From NCBI GenBank assembly GCA_963713825.1, contig CAVQNG010000010.1:1-50586 (forward strand): 50,586 bases of DNA, given 5' to 3'. Within the stretch, counting starts at the first letter, position 1. Each line of letters starts with the position of its first letter. Source of the DNA: an uncultured Acidobacteriota bacterium (lineage in GTDB: Bacteria; Acidobacteriota; Thermoanaerobaculia; Multivoradales; JAHEKO01). The position numbers were made by a program, and so were the translations under genes. Below the pieces are notes generated by a model. That model was not told the origin of the DNA. It ran no database searches and was given only the letters and a program-made list of their open reading frames with translations. This document shows positions 8,581 through 18,211 of the stretch, piece after piece.

Positions 8581-10716
8581 CTATCCCTGGCTTGCCACGA
8601 GGCCATGATCTGCATCGTACTGCCTTTCGCAGATGTCACAGAATTCGAGATGACTGCACTCGCAGAGTCGAATGACCGGCCTGTCGACCTGCCAGTCGTG
8701 CACAAGATCCGCCGGATAGTCCTTATTGCAGGAAAGTGTCATCGAGGTGCCGGCTCTTTGCTCCAGAATACCCTCGATGTCTCGAAGTTCCGAGCGGGTC
8801 AGAAATAGAGCTACCTGGAATTTCGGGGCCTCCTCTTCGGCAGGCTGCGTAATGGCCTCGACGAGGCGCCGCTTGACACCTCCAGCCGTCATCCCGAGTG
8901 GCGTGTCGATCACGCGGGGGGCGACCGCATCGGAGACCTCCATCAGGGCCCAAATGAAAGACAGGGTTAGCGCTCGTCTGGACGCACCGTTGATCTCGAA
9001 GTCTGGATCGAGATGACCGTCCCCAGCCGTTTCCACTCTTACGTCAAAGTCCTTCGTCAGCCGAGCCCTTTGAAACACTGCTCCCGCGCTCTCGGGATCA
9101 CTTCCTACGATCTCCAAGAACATCTTGTTCATTCGTTCGGACACCCGCTCGAGGTACTCGTTCTCGAGGGTATGAAGAGTCCTCTCGAGAGCACCGCTCA
9201 GGTCATCCGCCACGCGCCGTTGATAACGAAGCTTGTTGTTGACCTTGGCGGCCTTTTCTTCCTTCTCGTAATCTGCCTTCTTGAGGGCTTGCCTCTCTTG
9301 TAGCTGCTGTACTTCCCGATCTAGAGCTCCTATCACCTCACTCTTGTCGCTCAGCTTGCCCTCGGCATTTCGGATCCGATCCGCGAGCATCCGGACTCTG
9401 TCCTCATCGATCCGAGCTCTCTTTTCTTTCGTCTTCTTGAGCCTTTCGCCCTTGTCCCGAAGCTCCTGCCGATTGTCGCGGAATCGAACAAGCAGCTTCC
9501 GGCGTCTCGAATCGAAATCCGTGCAGTCCTCTAAAGAGGCCTCGTAGGAGGCCTTCGCCATGCGCGCAGCGTGAAACGTTTGGGTCTGCCGTCTACGCGT
9601 CTCGCCAATCTTCCTCTGTTGTCCGCGAAGTTCTTCGACACGGTCCCTTGACTTGGTCCCTGGAGAGAGATCTACCCCGCAAATGCATTCATTGAGCTCG
9701 AGGCGATCCGTGAGGACCTCAATCGAGGCACCCGGGATCACACCGCGATCAGCCAACTCGTCCAGTAGTTGGAATCCACTGCTCAGCTTTTCGCTCGCTA
9801 GGAACCACGACGCCTTCTCCGAAGCCAGAAGGTCTCGAATCTCCCCTAGGATGACTGACTCGTTACCTTCCAACTGTACTCTGGTCTGCTCCAGATCCTT
9901 GATGAGAGCATTGAGCTCATCGATGTCGCCGATCCCCTTGAGATCCGAAAGTTCCTTGTCCCACGCCTCCTTCTGGCCGACGATGTTCAGTCGCTCTTCC
10001 CGCAGAGCTTCGAGCTTCTCTTTCTTCTCGGCAAGTTGCTCGCTAAGCTCTGCAAGCTGCTCCTCGAGTGCACCTAGCTTCGCACCTCCTGTCTTTGCAG
10101 CCTCTTTGCGAAGTCTCGAGCTGATGTTGTCGAGGTCCATTTTGGCGAGGCGGAGCTCATCGAGTCCTAGCAGGGCTTTGATCGCTTCATGAACGTTTTT
10201 CTGCCGCCCGTGTGCCGTCTCTCCGGAAATAAAGCGCTGAACATCGTCCCCATCCGTAAAGAAGACTTGCCGAAGCCGCAGCGGGAGAAACCGCCGGGCG
10301 GCAGCCTCCGCGTCGCCCTTGACGTCTTCGAAACCAGCGGCTGTCCGCCGAAGTAGGCGCAACTTCGTCGGGCCTCGCTCGAACTCGTCCCCACCCTTTG
10401 GCGTCTCCTGAACCGTCCGAATTAGCCGATACTCGCTTGCACCTTCATCATCGCTATGCTCGAAGTCGACCGTAATCTGGACCTCGACTGGCGTGTCCAC
10501 GGGAAGAGCTTTCGACGTCAGACGCTTTTCTCGAGAACCGCTCGGAAGACCTTCGTAGTCGTAGAACGCCCACTGCAGAGCCCACAAGAGTGACGTCTTA
10601 CCGCTACCGTTCTCGGCCCGGATCATCGTCAGAGGCTTCTCAGGATTGGTCGAAAACTCAACCGTAATGTCCTCGAGCAGCTTGAAGTTCCTTACGCTGG
10701 CCCTTAGCAGGCGCAT
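8581..10716 (-). CDS. Rad50/SbcC-like coiled-coil ABC ATPase, DndD-related (CxC hook)
   Basis: Walker A AENGSGKTS, FFTDGD, coiled coils, central ECICG, signature NGAS, Walker B VIDTPLG, Cys-rich tail. Confidence 0.85.
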   Translation of the reverse strand: MRLLRASVRNFKLLEDITVEFSTNPEKPLTMIRAENGSGKTSLLWALQWAFYDYEGLPSGSREKRLTSKALPVDTPVEVQITVDFEHSDDEGASEYRLIRTVQETPKGGDEFERGPTKLRLLRRTAAGFEDVKGDAEAAARRFLPLRLRQVFFTDGDDVQRFISGETAHGRQKNVHEAIKALLGLDELRLAKMDLDNISSRLRKEAAKTGGAKLGALEEQLAELSEQLAEKKEKLEALREERLNIVGQKEAWDKELSDLKGIGDIDELNALIKDLEQTRVQLEGNESVILGEIRDLLASEKASWFLASEKLSSGFQLLDELADRGVIPGASIEVLTDRLELNECICGVDLSPGTKSRDRVEELRGQQRKIGETRRRQTQTFHAARMAKASYEASLEDCTDFDSRRRKLLVRFRDNRQELRDKGERLKKTKEKRARIDEDRVRMLADRIRNAEGKLSDKSEVIGALDREVQQLQERQALKKADYEKEEKAAKVNNKLRYQRRVADDLSGALERTLHTLENEYLERVSERMNKMFLEIVGSDPESAGAVFQRARLTKDFDVRVETAGDGHLDPDFEINGASRRALTLSFIWALMEVSDAVAPRVIDTPLGMTAGGVKRRLVEAITQPAEEEAPKFQVALFLTRSELRDIEGILEQRAGTSMTLSCNKDYPADLVHDWQVDRPVIRLCECSHLEFCDICERQYDADHGLVASQG

Positions 10717-10719
10717 TTG

Positions 10720-10944
10720 TCAGTCGTCCTTGCTCTCTTTGGCCACTTTGGTACCGAGATTCCTGACGATGTCGAGAACCTGCAGGCGTCGTTTCTGAAG
10801 TGAGAGTCCTTGGTCCTGGACACTGATGATGGCTACCAGGGCCTCCACCAAGTCAGCCCGGTACTCGGGAATCAATTCCTCAATTTCTTGAACGCTTTCT
10901 TTCAGAATCGAAACGCTGCTAAGCCAGCTCACCGATGCCTCCAT
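10720..10944 (-). CDS. Small helical protein between the helicase and the ATPase
   Basis: 74-aa ORF overlapping the helicase stop and ending 3 bp before the ATPase start. Confidence 0.7.
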   Translation of the reverse strand: MEASVSWLSSVSILKESVQEIEELIPEYRADLVEALVAIISVQDQGLSLQKRRLQVLDIVRNLGTKVAKESKDD

Positions 10945-13115
10945 TTGCCGGACTCGATCTCTTTGACGATCTCCATCGGCCCGCGGGAAGCGAACTCGTT
11001 CGCAGACGACCGCGCGAAATGCTCTACGCGCGCGATCTCACTCCGTAAGAGGCGCTTACCGTCGTCAGTTGCCGGATCATCGGGCACTACCACAAAGTCG
11101 TGGAGATCGGCCCTTTCCTTACCCTCCGCGCTTCGCAGGATTCGGCCACGACGCTGAATCCACTCACGCTTCACGGTCGACGATGCAAGCAAGAAAGCCC
11201 GATCTGTTTGCGGAATGTCGATCCCTTCGTCAAGGACCTTCATGGCTGTCAGGACCTGGTACTCACCCCGTCCGAATTTTTCCAGCAGGCTTTCCGCAGC
11301 CGCCTTGGAGGTCTCTGCATTGGTGAATTGATGCGAGAGTATTCCAAGGTCTGACAGCAGCTCAGTGACGTGGTCGATCTGTCGACCTTCATGCGGAAAC
11401 CGCACCACTTTCGCAGAAGTGTAAACAAGGGTCCGACTGATTTTCTCCAGACCTAGCCTCGTCAACTGGGTCCTCAATGCCCCTACCTTACCATCCGCTT
11501 GCTCGATGAGTGCGCGACGCTCCCGCAGCAGGCTGTCGATCTTCAGCGTCGCGATCACGCGACCGTCGTCGTCGACGCGGAGTCCCGCTTTCCCAAGCCT
11601 CGCGGTCAGATCTCGGTATCGGTCCATCTCTTGGGTGCTGAAGAGCACTGGGTGAACCCAATAGTCATAAGGAACCAAGCATCCCGACGCAATCGCATCG
11701 TCGAGCGTAAACAGAAAGACCTGCTCTGATACCGAGCCGTCTGCGCTGAAGAAATCGAATAGGCGGTCAGTTCCGTCCGGATCGTATTGCCGAACCGGTG
11801 TTGCCGATAGTCCGATGCGAAAGCGGAACTCTTCTGGCAGCTCGGCCGCGTAAGATGGCGCCCCTAGATTGTGGACCTCGTCAGCTATGAGAATCGTCGT
11901 GGCTCGATCGGCTACCGACCGAAGTAGATGCCTGAGCTCGTCGTTTTGAAAGAAAAGCTGGTACGTGGCGACGATGACTTCGGTTCTCTCCTCGCCCTGT
12001 AGAGACGCAGCCACCTCTTCGAGGAGCTTGGCTCTCTCTTGCGGTGACGGTCCCGACAGCATGACCGAACTCAAGCCGAAGTCCTTTACATCCTCCTGCC
12101 ACTGGAGAGCAAGCGGTTTGGATGGCACTAGGACGATCAGCAAAGCGGGGTCCGTCGTTCTGTCTTGAAACTGCGTAGCGGCAATCAGTCCGGTGCTCGT
12201 TTTTCCACCTCCGGTGGCAATGGCGAGAATTCCAGATCCACCTGCCCCGTGAAGTGAGCTGACCGCCTCCGCTTGATGTGCAAACGGGCCAGAATCCCAA
12301 ACGAGCCAGGATGGAATCTGTAGCCGGCGAGGAACTGAAGGAATCAAGATCCCCGGCGGGAGCCTCGGTTCCAAGCCCCGGGCGTGGTCAGCCCGCCAGG
12401 CCGCCCAGAAATCCTCGACGGTGGGCGGACTCGAGTTCTCCTCCCCGCGATTGCGCAGGAACTCGAGCATCTCCTTGGGCTCAACAGTAAGCGAGACCTC
12501 GTGTTTGTTCTCCCACTGTTGGGTGAATTGACGCTCGAAGCTGGCTACGCGCCTCCGCGATGATTCGCCGTCCATCCAAGGGCGGTCGATAGTCATTTGC
12601 TCGCCGTTGACGAGCAGCCCCCTCGCGGTCGCGTTCCCCGAGCCGTGCACCGCGAGACAGGTCTGACCCTCTAGGAACAACCACAATTTCTTGTGGTAGG
12701 TCCCGATCGGCATAAGCACAAATCGAATTTCGAGTCGATTTCGCGCAACCAAATATCCGAGACAATCGGCGGTATGCCGAGCTAGCGCCGATTCCGCGTT
12801 CATTAAGAGGGACACGGCGAAGGAATCGACCGCTCGCTGCGGAGCTTTGAGTCCTTGCTCGATGGCTTCTCTGTCCTCGGGCTCCAATTCAGTTCCTGCG
12901 AGCACCTGAAGACGCCCCTCCTTTTGAATGTACTGCGCCAATCCAGGAGCGATCTGCGCCAAGCAATGGCTGGTGAAGAACCCTGCGCCCACCGAAACGT
13001 TCTCGGCAACTGACATCGCAGGAATCAGAACCTCGCCGACTAGGTCATCGACAGGGATCTCATAAGCGGGCTCTACGCCTGCAAGAAGCCGCTGGAGAGA
13101 GTCGCCTGAGCTCAT
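10929..13115 (-). CDS. PLD-nuclease/SF2 helicase fusion (phosphorothioation-associated restriction enzyme type)
   Basis: HKD-like YHKKLWLF...HGSGN; ATGGGKT, DEVH, GLSATP, LDEGIDIP, QRRGRILR. Confidence 0.85.
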   Translation of the reverse strand: MSSGDSLQRLLAGVEPAYEIPVDDLVGEVLIPAMSVAENVSVGAGFFTSHCLAQIAPGLAQYIQKEGRLQVLAGTELEPEDREAIEQGLKAPQRAVDSFAVSLLMNAESALARHTADCLGYLVARNRLEIRFVLMPIGTYHKKLWLFLEGQTCLAVHGSGNATARGLLVNGEQMTIDRPWMDGESSRRRVASFERQFTQQWENKHEVSLTVEPKEMLEFLRNRGEENSSPPTVEDFWAAWRADHARGLEPRLPPGILIPSVPRRLQIPSWLVWDSGPFAHQAEAVSSLHGAGGSGILAIATGGGKTSTGLIAATQFQDRTTDPALLIVLVPSKPLALQWQEDVKDFGLSSVMLSGPSPQERAKLLEEVAASLQGEERTEVIVATYQLFFQNDELRHLLRSVADRATTILIADEVHNLGAPSYAAELPEEFRFRIGLSATPVRQYDPDGTDRLFDFFSADGSVSEQVFLFTLDDAIASGCLVPYDYWVHPVLFSTQEMDRYRDLTARLGKAGLRVDDDGRVIATLKIDSLLRERRALIEQADGKVGALRTQLTRLGLEKISRTLVYTSAKVVRFPHEGRQIDHVTELLSDLGILSHQFTNAETSKAAAESLLEKFGRGEYQVLTAMKVLDEGIDIPQTDRAFLLASSTVKREWIQRRGRILRSAEGKERADLHDFVVVPDDPATDDGKRLLRSEIARVEHFARSSANEFASRGPMEIVKEIESGKWRHR

Positions 13116-13193
13116 CTCAATTCCAAGCAGCGAGGGCCTCGCTGCTCCCTCTCTCCCTGTGGGCAGTGAGCATCCGACAGTAGGACACGAGCC

Positions 13194-13591
13194 CTATAGA
13201 TGATAGATGGCGCAGCCGTGACTGTCGTTGGCTATGGGTCGTGGGTAACATTCCTTCAATTCCTTCAGCTCGTTAAGGGAGCGTGTTGCTCTTCAGGTGG
13301 ACCGTCTTCCAGACTCATCGTTCTCGTCTCCCTTAGCCTCCTCGAAGAGGACCAGGTGCTCCTCCCTGAGGCTATGCCACTACCCCACCTGTTGGAAGAA
13401 GCAGAAGTGCAAACCGAGCGCGAACGCCAACGGTAGTAATCTAGAATTTCCAGGCTCGAGTCCTCAAGAGTCTCGACGATATCTGCGAAACCCATCTCAT
13501 CGTCCCTGAAGTCGTAGATCGGGAAGATGTTGGATTCTTCCGAGTAGACAAGTGGCTTCTTCGCCACGTAGACGTCTCGATCCTCATCCCA
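13194..13591 (-). pseudogene. 3' half of a PAPS-reductase (SspD-like) gene, paralogous to 22470..23288
   Basis: DEDRDVYVAKKPLV...YYRWRSRSVC...RSLNELKELKECYPRP...GCAIYHL* aligns with the intact copy; frameshift and internal stops; 5' half missing. Confidence 0.85.
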
Positions 13592-13592
13592 G

Positions 13593-13820
13593 TGACCTGC
13601 CCCCCCCCCAGTGTTTGTAACACCCATTGTGTTGGGAACCCCGTTCATATTGAGGCATCGAGGCACCCCCAAAGCCTGGACCACCGGAAACTTGAAATTC
13701 TCAGTTCAATCTGCCTCCTCTAGCTCGGCTCCGGTCAGGAGCCGAGCGACGTATTCGACCGGAGCCAGGCCTCCCAGTGACTTGTGAAGCCGACTCACAT
13801 TGTAGTCCTCTTTCCATGCC
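13593..13820 (-). mobile_element. IS3-family remnants (terminal IR and transposase C-terminus)
   Basis: TGACCTGCCCCC...GTAACACC end at 13593; minus strand reads AWKEDYNVSRLHKSLGGLAPVEY (rve_3-like; stop at 13706), followed by a GTGGTCCA...GGGGG end. Confidence 0.75.
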
Positions 13821-13938
13821 GCCTGCAGTCCAGCTCCGCGGTCCATGTGACCTATGCCGCACCTCCCTACCCCTATGGGTGGCGTGCGCCCGTGGGGCCT
13901 TTGCTACCGTTCGGTGGTCGCGCCGCAGAAGGACCCTT

Positions 13939-14886
13939 ATGGCAACCATGAACCGCTCGACTCGGCTGTTCGGGGTCGTCCACTTGCTGGCCGGCCGCAA
14001 GGCCCGCTCCATCGATGAGATCGCCGACCGTTTCGACGTCTCCGTGCGCACCGCCTATCGCGACCTGGCCGATCTCTCCGAGCAGCACGTGCCCATCTAC
14101 CACGACGAGCACGGCTACAAGCTCATGGAGACGGCCACCTTGAAGCCGCTCAACTTGACCACCGAGGAGCACGCTCTCCTCAAGGTCGCCCTCCACAACC
14201 CGGCCCTCCGCCACCAGCCCGCCCTGCTCCATCGCCTCGAAGCCCTGGAGATGAAGCTCGGCGCCGCCATCGCCATGGCTGAAGAGTCGCCCCAGGCCCT
14301 GCAGCTCGCCCCCATCGACCGCTCCGGCCCCCAGGCCAAGGATGCCCTCGAGCCCCTGCGCCTGGCCATCCAGAAGCGCCAGTCGGTCCAGATCCAGTAC
14401 CACTCGCTCTCCGGCAGCAAGAAACGCTGGCGCGGCATCGATCCTTGGCAGGTCTTCCAGCGCTCCGAGGCCTGGTACCTGGTGGGCCACTGCCACGAGA
14501 ACTCCGAGCCCCGCACCTTCCGCCTCGACCGCATCGGCGGCGTCAAAGGCCTGGACACCACCTACGAGATCCCCAAAGACTTCGACCTCGACAGCCACCT
14601 CCAGGACTCCTGGAAGATCATCAAGGGCGAGGGCACCCACGACGTCGTCCTCCACTTCGACGCCTCGCTCGCCCCCCTCATCCTCAACGCCCGCCACCAC
14701 CCCGGCGAAACCACCCAACAACTCCCCGACGGCACCATCGAATACCGCCTCCAGCTCTCCAGCCTCGAGGAGATCTCGCGGTGGATAGTCGGGTTTGGAG
14801 GGAAGTGCAGGGTCGTGGGGCCGGATGTCCTAAAAGAGAAGACTCTCGCCCTTGCTCGGGCGGCACTGATTAGGATCGAGAGCTAG
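13939..14886 (+). CDS. HTH-WYL-WCX transcriptional regulator, copy 2
   Basis: ATG 13939 gives 315 aa, near-identical to 4927..5874 except for the last 20 aa. Confidence 0.95.
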   Translation: MATMNRSTRLFGVVHLLAGRKARSIDEIADRFDVSVRTAYRDLADLSEQHVPIYHDEHGYKLMETATLKPLNLTTEEHALLKVALHNPALRHQPALLHRLEALEMKLGAAIAMAEESPQALQLAPIDRSGPQAKDALEPLRLAIQKRQSVQIQYHSLSGSKKRWRGIDPWQVFQRSEAWYLVGHCHENSEPRTFRLDRIGGVKGLDTTYEIPKDFDLDSHLQDSWKIIKGEGTHDVVLHFDASLAPLILNARHHPGETTQQLPDGTIEYRLQLSSLEEISRWIVGFGGKCRVVGPDVLKEKTLALARAALIRIES

Positions 14887-14953
14887 AGATCATCCAAGGT
14901 CGCCACTCCATGATTAGCCGCTCCAACGGTAGAGTCGAAGGATCGGAACGCTG

Positions 14954-16594
14954 ATGGCCCGAATGATCCCAGCTCAGATAGGACCGGAGGCACCTCCTTC
15001 TGAAGCTGAGATCTTTAGGCGCTTCCGAGACCACACACCTTCGTCTTGGACCGTAATTCACTCGCAGTGCTTCGTCGCAGGTGGCGACAAGGACCATCCA
15101 GCTCGTGATGGGGAGATCGACTTCCTACTTCTCGATCCGGAACGGGGCTTCGTAGCACTTGAGGTCAAGGGTGGCGGCATTCGATTCGAAAGCGGCCAGT
15201 GGTACTCAACGGGTCAAGATCAAGTCGAGAAAGCCATCAAGGATCCTGCTAGCCAGGCTCGGAAGGCCGCACACGAAGTGGATTCGTTCCTGAGGAAGCA
15301 GCCCTGGTTCAAAAAGAACAAGGTGCGGCTCCACTTCGGATGGGGTGTTGTCTTTCCCGATGTGGATATCCCGCTCAGAACTGGGATGGGACTACCGCGC
15401 GATCACATACTAGATCGGATGGACTGCACCAAGTTCTTGGAGAAGCTGGAATGCGTTGCGAAAGCTCAGGGTCTCCGAAAGAGAAAGTACCCTGACCAAC
15501 TAACCAGGGCATTTCTCAGTACCATCTGCCCAGGCTTTGATGCCCGGGTTCCACTTGCGAGGTGGTTCAGAGACGAGAAGGAGATCCTGGACCACTTCAC
15601 ACATGAGCAAATCAGCCTGCTTGATCACCTTGAAAAGGTCACACGCCTTGCTGTCGAGGGTGCTGCTGGCACCGGTAAGACGGTTGTGGCCATGGAGAAA
15701 GCACGAAGGCTCGCCGAAGCGGGCAAGGAGGTTCTGTTCCTCTGCTTCAACGAGCCGCTCGCTGATGACCTAGACAAGCGCGCAGAAGGATTCCAGGTCT
15801 TTCCGTATCAGCGATTCTGCATCCAATTCGCTCAGCGAGCAGGGCTAAAAGTGGAGGTTCCGGACGACAGCCGATTCAAACACCAGTTCTACGAGCATGA
15901 ACTCCCTCTGCTGATGATGGAAGCGCTAGAGAAGCTTCCCGACGCTCGATTCGACGCAATCATTGTGGACGAAGGGCAGGATTTCAAGCCTGACTGGTGG
16001 GTGAGTATTGAGGACTTGTTCCGGAACGCGAAAGAGGACATTTGGTACGTCTTCTTCGATCCCCATCAGGACATCTACAAGAGGGGAATTCCAGAGATGC
16101 TTGTCACCTATCCATTTCCGCTCCGATACAACGTCCGCAACACAGGGAGAATTGCAGAGTTCTGTGGGCAATTGTGTGGCTCTGAAATGGAACCATTCCC
16201 TGGAATTCCGGAGGGCCTCGACGTAGAACGAATTAGCGCGAACGGGCCCAAACACCTAGTCAAGATCCTTGAGAAGAGGATCGGTCAGCTGGTGAAAAAG
16301 GAGCGGATCGCGGCTCACGATATGGTCCTACTATCAACGAGGAGCAGAAAGGCTAGCGTGCTGAGAAAAGTGAAGAAGCTTGGTTCGCTGACACTTGTTC
16401 CTCTCGGCTCTTCCAAGGTCGGTCATCAACTTCGGTTCGATTCGATCTTCCGCTTCAAGGGATTGGAAGCCGACGTCGTGCTACTGGTGGACGAGGGCAA
16501 CCCAAGGACCAGTACACCTAGGCATCTCTACGTCGGCGCTTCGCGGGCCCGTCATCTGCTTGTTCTCATAGAGCTCGAAGGCGCTGCCAGCTAA
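14954..16594 (+). CDS. NERD nuclease/SF1 (UvrD-like) helicase fusion
   Basis: GEIDFLLL...LEVKGG; GAAGTGKT; DEGQDF; FKGLEADVV; YVGASRAR. Confidence 0.9.
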   Translation: MARMIPAQIGPEAPPSEAEIFRRFRDHTPSSWTVIHSQCFVAGGDKDHPARDGEIDFLLLDPERGFVALEVKGGGIRFESGQWYSTGQDQVEKAIKDPASQARKAAHEVDSFLRKQPWFKKNKVRLHFGWGVVFPDVDIPLRTGMGLPRDHILDRMDCTKFLEKLECVAKAQGLRKRKYPDQLTRAFLSTICPGFDARVPLARWFRDEKEILDHFTHEQISLLDHLEKVTRLAVEGAAGTGKTVVAMEKARRLAEAGKEVLFLCFNEPLADDLDKRAEGFQVFPYQRFCIQFAQRAGLKVEVPDDSRFKHQFYEHELPLLMMEALEKLPDARFDAIIVDEGQDFKPDWWVSIEDLFRNAKEDIWYVFFDPHQDIYKRGIPEMLVTYPFPLRYNVRNTGRIAEFCGQLCGSEMEPFPGIPEGLDVERISANGPKHLVKILEKRIGQLVKKERIAAHDMVLLSTRSRKASVLRKVKKLGSLTLVPLGSSKVGHQLRFDSIFRFKGLEADVVLLVDEGNPRTSTPRHLYVGASRARHLLVLIELEGAAS

Positions 16595-16627
16595 TCTCAC
16601 ACTTAGGCATACGCACTGCTGCAAAGC

Positions 16628-16661
16628 ACTGTCAAATCCTGACAGTAATTCCAAGTAGCGT
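16628..16661 (+). promoter_or_regulatory. Palindromic operator/promoter upstream of the ssp-like operon
   Basis: ACTGTCA-N5-TGACAGT; TGACAG-N10-TAGCGT. Confidence 0.65.
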
Positions 16662-16749
16662 TCCTGGCGTAGCTGACCCGCGTCTGCTAGACGCAACGCC
16701 GTGTTACACTTCGGGACAACCATAACGGCCTGTAACGGGCGGATGCGCC

Positions 16750-17001
16750 ATGGCGGAGAAGATAGAGGGCATCGATTACGTCTCTAGTACCGAGATGACT
16801 GCAGAGCTTGGAATCTCCAGGCAAACGCTCTGGCGCTGGAGGACGGAGGGCAAGATCCCCCCAGGTCACAAGTTTCGGGACGGCCGGGTGCTCTTCACTC
16901 TAGGTGAAGTCGAAGAAATCCGGCGATTCTCTACCCATATCGAGCCGCTACAAGGAGTCCGCCACAGGCAAATTGGGTTGTTCCGAGGTGAAAGCGAGTG
17001 A
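16750..17001 (+). CDS. AlpA/MerR-like HTH DNA-binding protein
   Basis: ELGISRQTLWRWRTEGKIP. Confidence 0.8.
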   Translation: MAEKIEGIDYVSSTEMTAELGISRQTLWRWRTEGKIPPGHKFRDGRVLFTLGEVEEIRRFSTHIEPLQGVRHRQIGLFRGESE

Positions 17002-17028
17002 AATGGCCCGAGAGCTTACACCAGAAGA

Positions 17029-18195
17029 ATGAAAGAGATCTACCTAGACAACAACGCGACCACCCACACTCTTCCCGAAGTGCAAGAGGCGGTGCTGGAT
17101 GCTATGGGCCGAGGGTTCGGAAATGCCTCCAGCGCCCACGCAGCAGGTGATCGGGCACGGAGGCAGCTGGACGTAGCCCGCGATTGCCTAGCGGGCCTTC
17201 TTGGTGCAGAAGGTGATCAGTTGATTTTCACTAGCGGAGGTACCGAAGCAAACAACAACGTCTTATTCTCTCTCCTTCTTGAATCGAATGGACCAAGACG
17301 CCTCATAACCTCGACGGTTGAGCACTCTTCGATCCTAAAGGCCGCCGAATGGCTGGAGGAAAAGGGTGTCCAAGTTACCTATCTGCCAGTCGACTCAAAA
17401 GGTCAGATCTCCCCGAGAAATCTAGAAGAGGCGTTGGGGCAGGCAGCAAACCTCGTGTCAATCCAATGGGTCAACAATGAAACTGGAGTGATTCAGCCGG
17501 TTGAAGAGTTTGCAAGGATCTGCTGTGAGAAGGGTGTGCCACTCCACTCAGATGCCGCTCAGGCTGTTGGGAAGATCCCGATCAACCTCTTCGATTCGGG
17601 AATTGGGTTTCTTTCCCTAACCGCCCACAAGCTTCACGGGCCCCAAGGAGTCGGAGCTCTGTACTCGAGAAACCCCCGGCAGCTCTCCCCTCTTCTCAGA
17701 GGCGGACCCCAGGAGCGGAAGCTGAGAGCAGGGACAGAGAACATTTCCGGAATAGCTGGCCTGGGCGCTGCAGCCAAGCTTCGATCCCAGAACCTTGAAC
17801 AAACGATTGAGCAGCTCAGCGGTTTGAGAGACGACTTCGAGAAGAGACTGCAAGAAGCTGTGCCCAACACATTAGTGAACGGAAATGAATCAAGTCGGGT
17901 CTGCAATTCAACGAACATCCAGTTCGAAGGGATCGATGGGCAAGCACTCGTTGTGCGACTCGATCAAGCTGGGATACGTTGCTCCCAGAGCTCTGCTTGC
18001 ACCAATCAACGCCCTGAGCCATCGTACGTCCTTCGCGCGATGGGGTTGACCGAAGAGCAAGCCTACTCAAGTGTGCGATTCAGCTTCTCTGTCGAGAATA
18101 CTCATGAGGAAATCGATCGCACGGTTACAGAGATTGCGGCCCTCTGCGCCCTACTGGGGCCGGTGTCGTCGTCAACAATGGCCGCACACTCATAG
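17029..18195 (+). CDS. sspA: Cysteine desulfurase (IscS family; SspA/DndA role)
   Basis: IYLDNNATT, FTSGGTEANN, HSDAAQ, AHKLHGPQG, SQSSAC, PSYVL; first enzyme of the DUF4007/ATPase/PAPS-reductase operon. Confidence 0.9.
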   Translation: MKEIYLDNNATTHTLPEVQEAVLDAMGRGFGNASSAHAAGDRARRQLDVARDCLAGLLGAEGDQLIFTSGGTEANNNVLFSLLLESNGPRRLITSTVEHSSILKAAEWLEEKGVQVTYLPVDSKGQISPRNLEEALGQAANLVSIQWVNNETGVIQPVEEFARICCEKGVPLHSDAAQAVGKIPINLFDSGIGFLSLTAHKLHGPQGVGALYSRNPRQLSPLLRGGPQERKLRAGTENISGIAGLGAAAKLRSQNLEQTIEQLSGLRDDFEKRLQEAVPNTLVNGNESSRVCNSTNIQFEGIDGQALVVRLDQAGIRCSQSSACTNQRPEPSYVLRAMGLTEEQAYSSVRFSFSVENTHEEIDRTVTEIAALCALLGPVSSSTMAAHS

Positions 18196-18211
18196 GGGAG
18201 AGTTGGGGATT

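Noticed and set aside
13777-13938. N-terminal extension of WYL copy 2
   Set aside because: Overlaps the IS3 remnant; the paralogue alignment starts at ATG 13939
16750-17001. Prophage or ICE excisionase indicating an integrative element
   Set aside because: No integrase, phage structural or conjugation genes in the window; more likely the operon regulator
17029-18195. Housekeeping iscS/nifS
   Set aside because: No Fe-S assembly genes nearby; it is embedded in the DUF4007 operon
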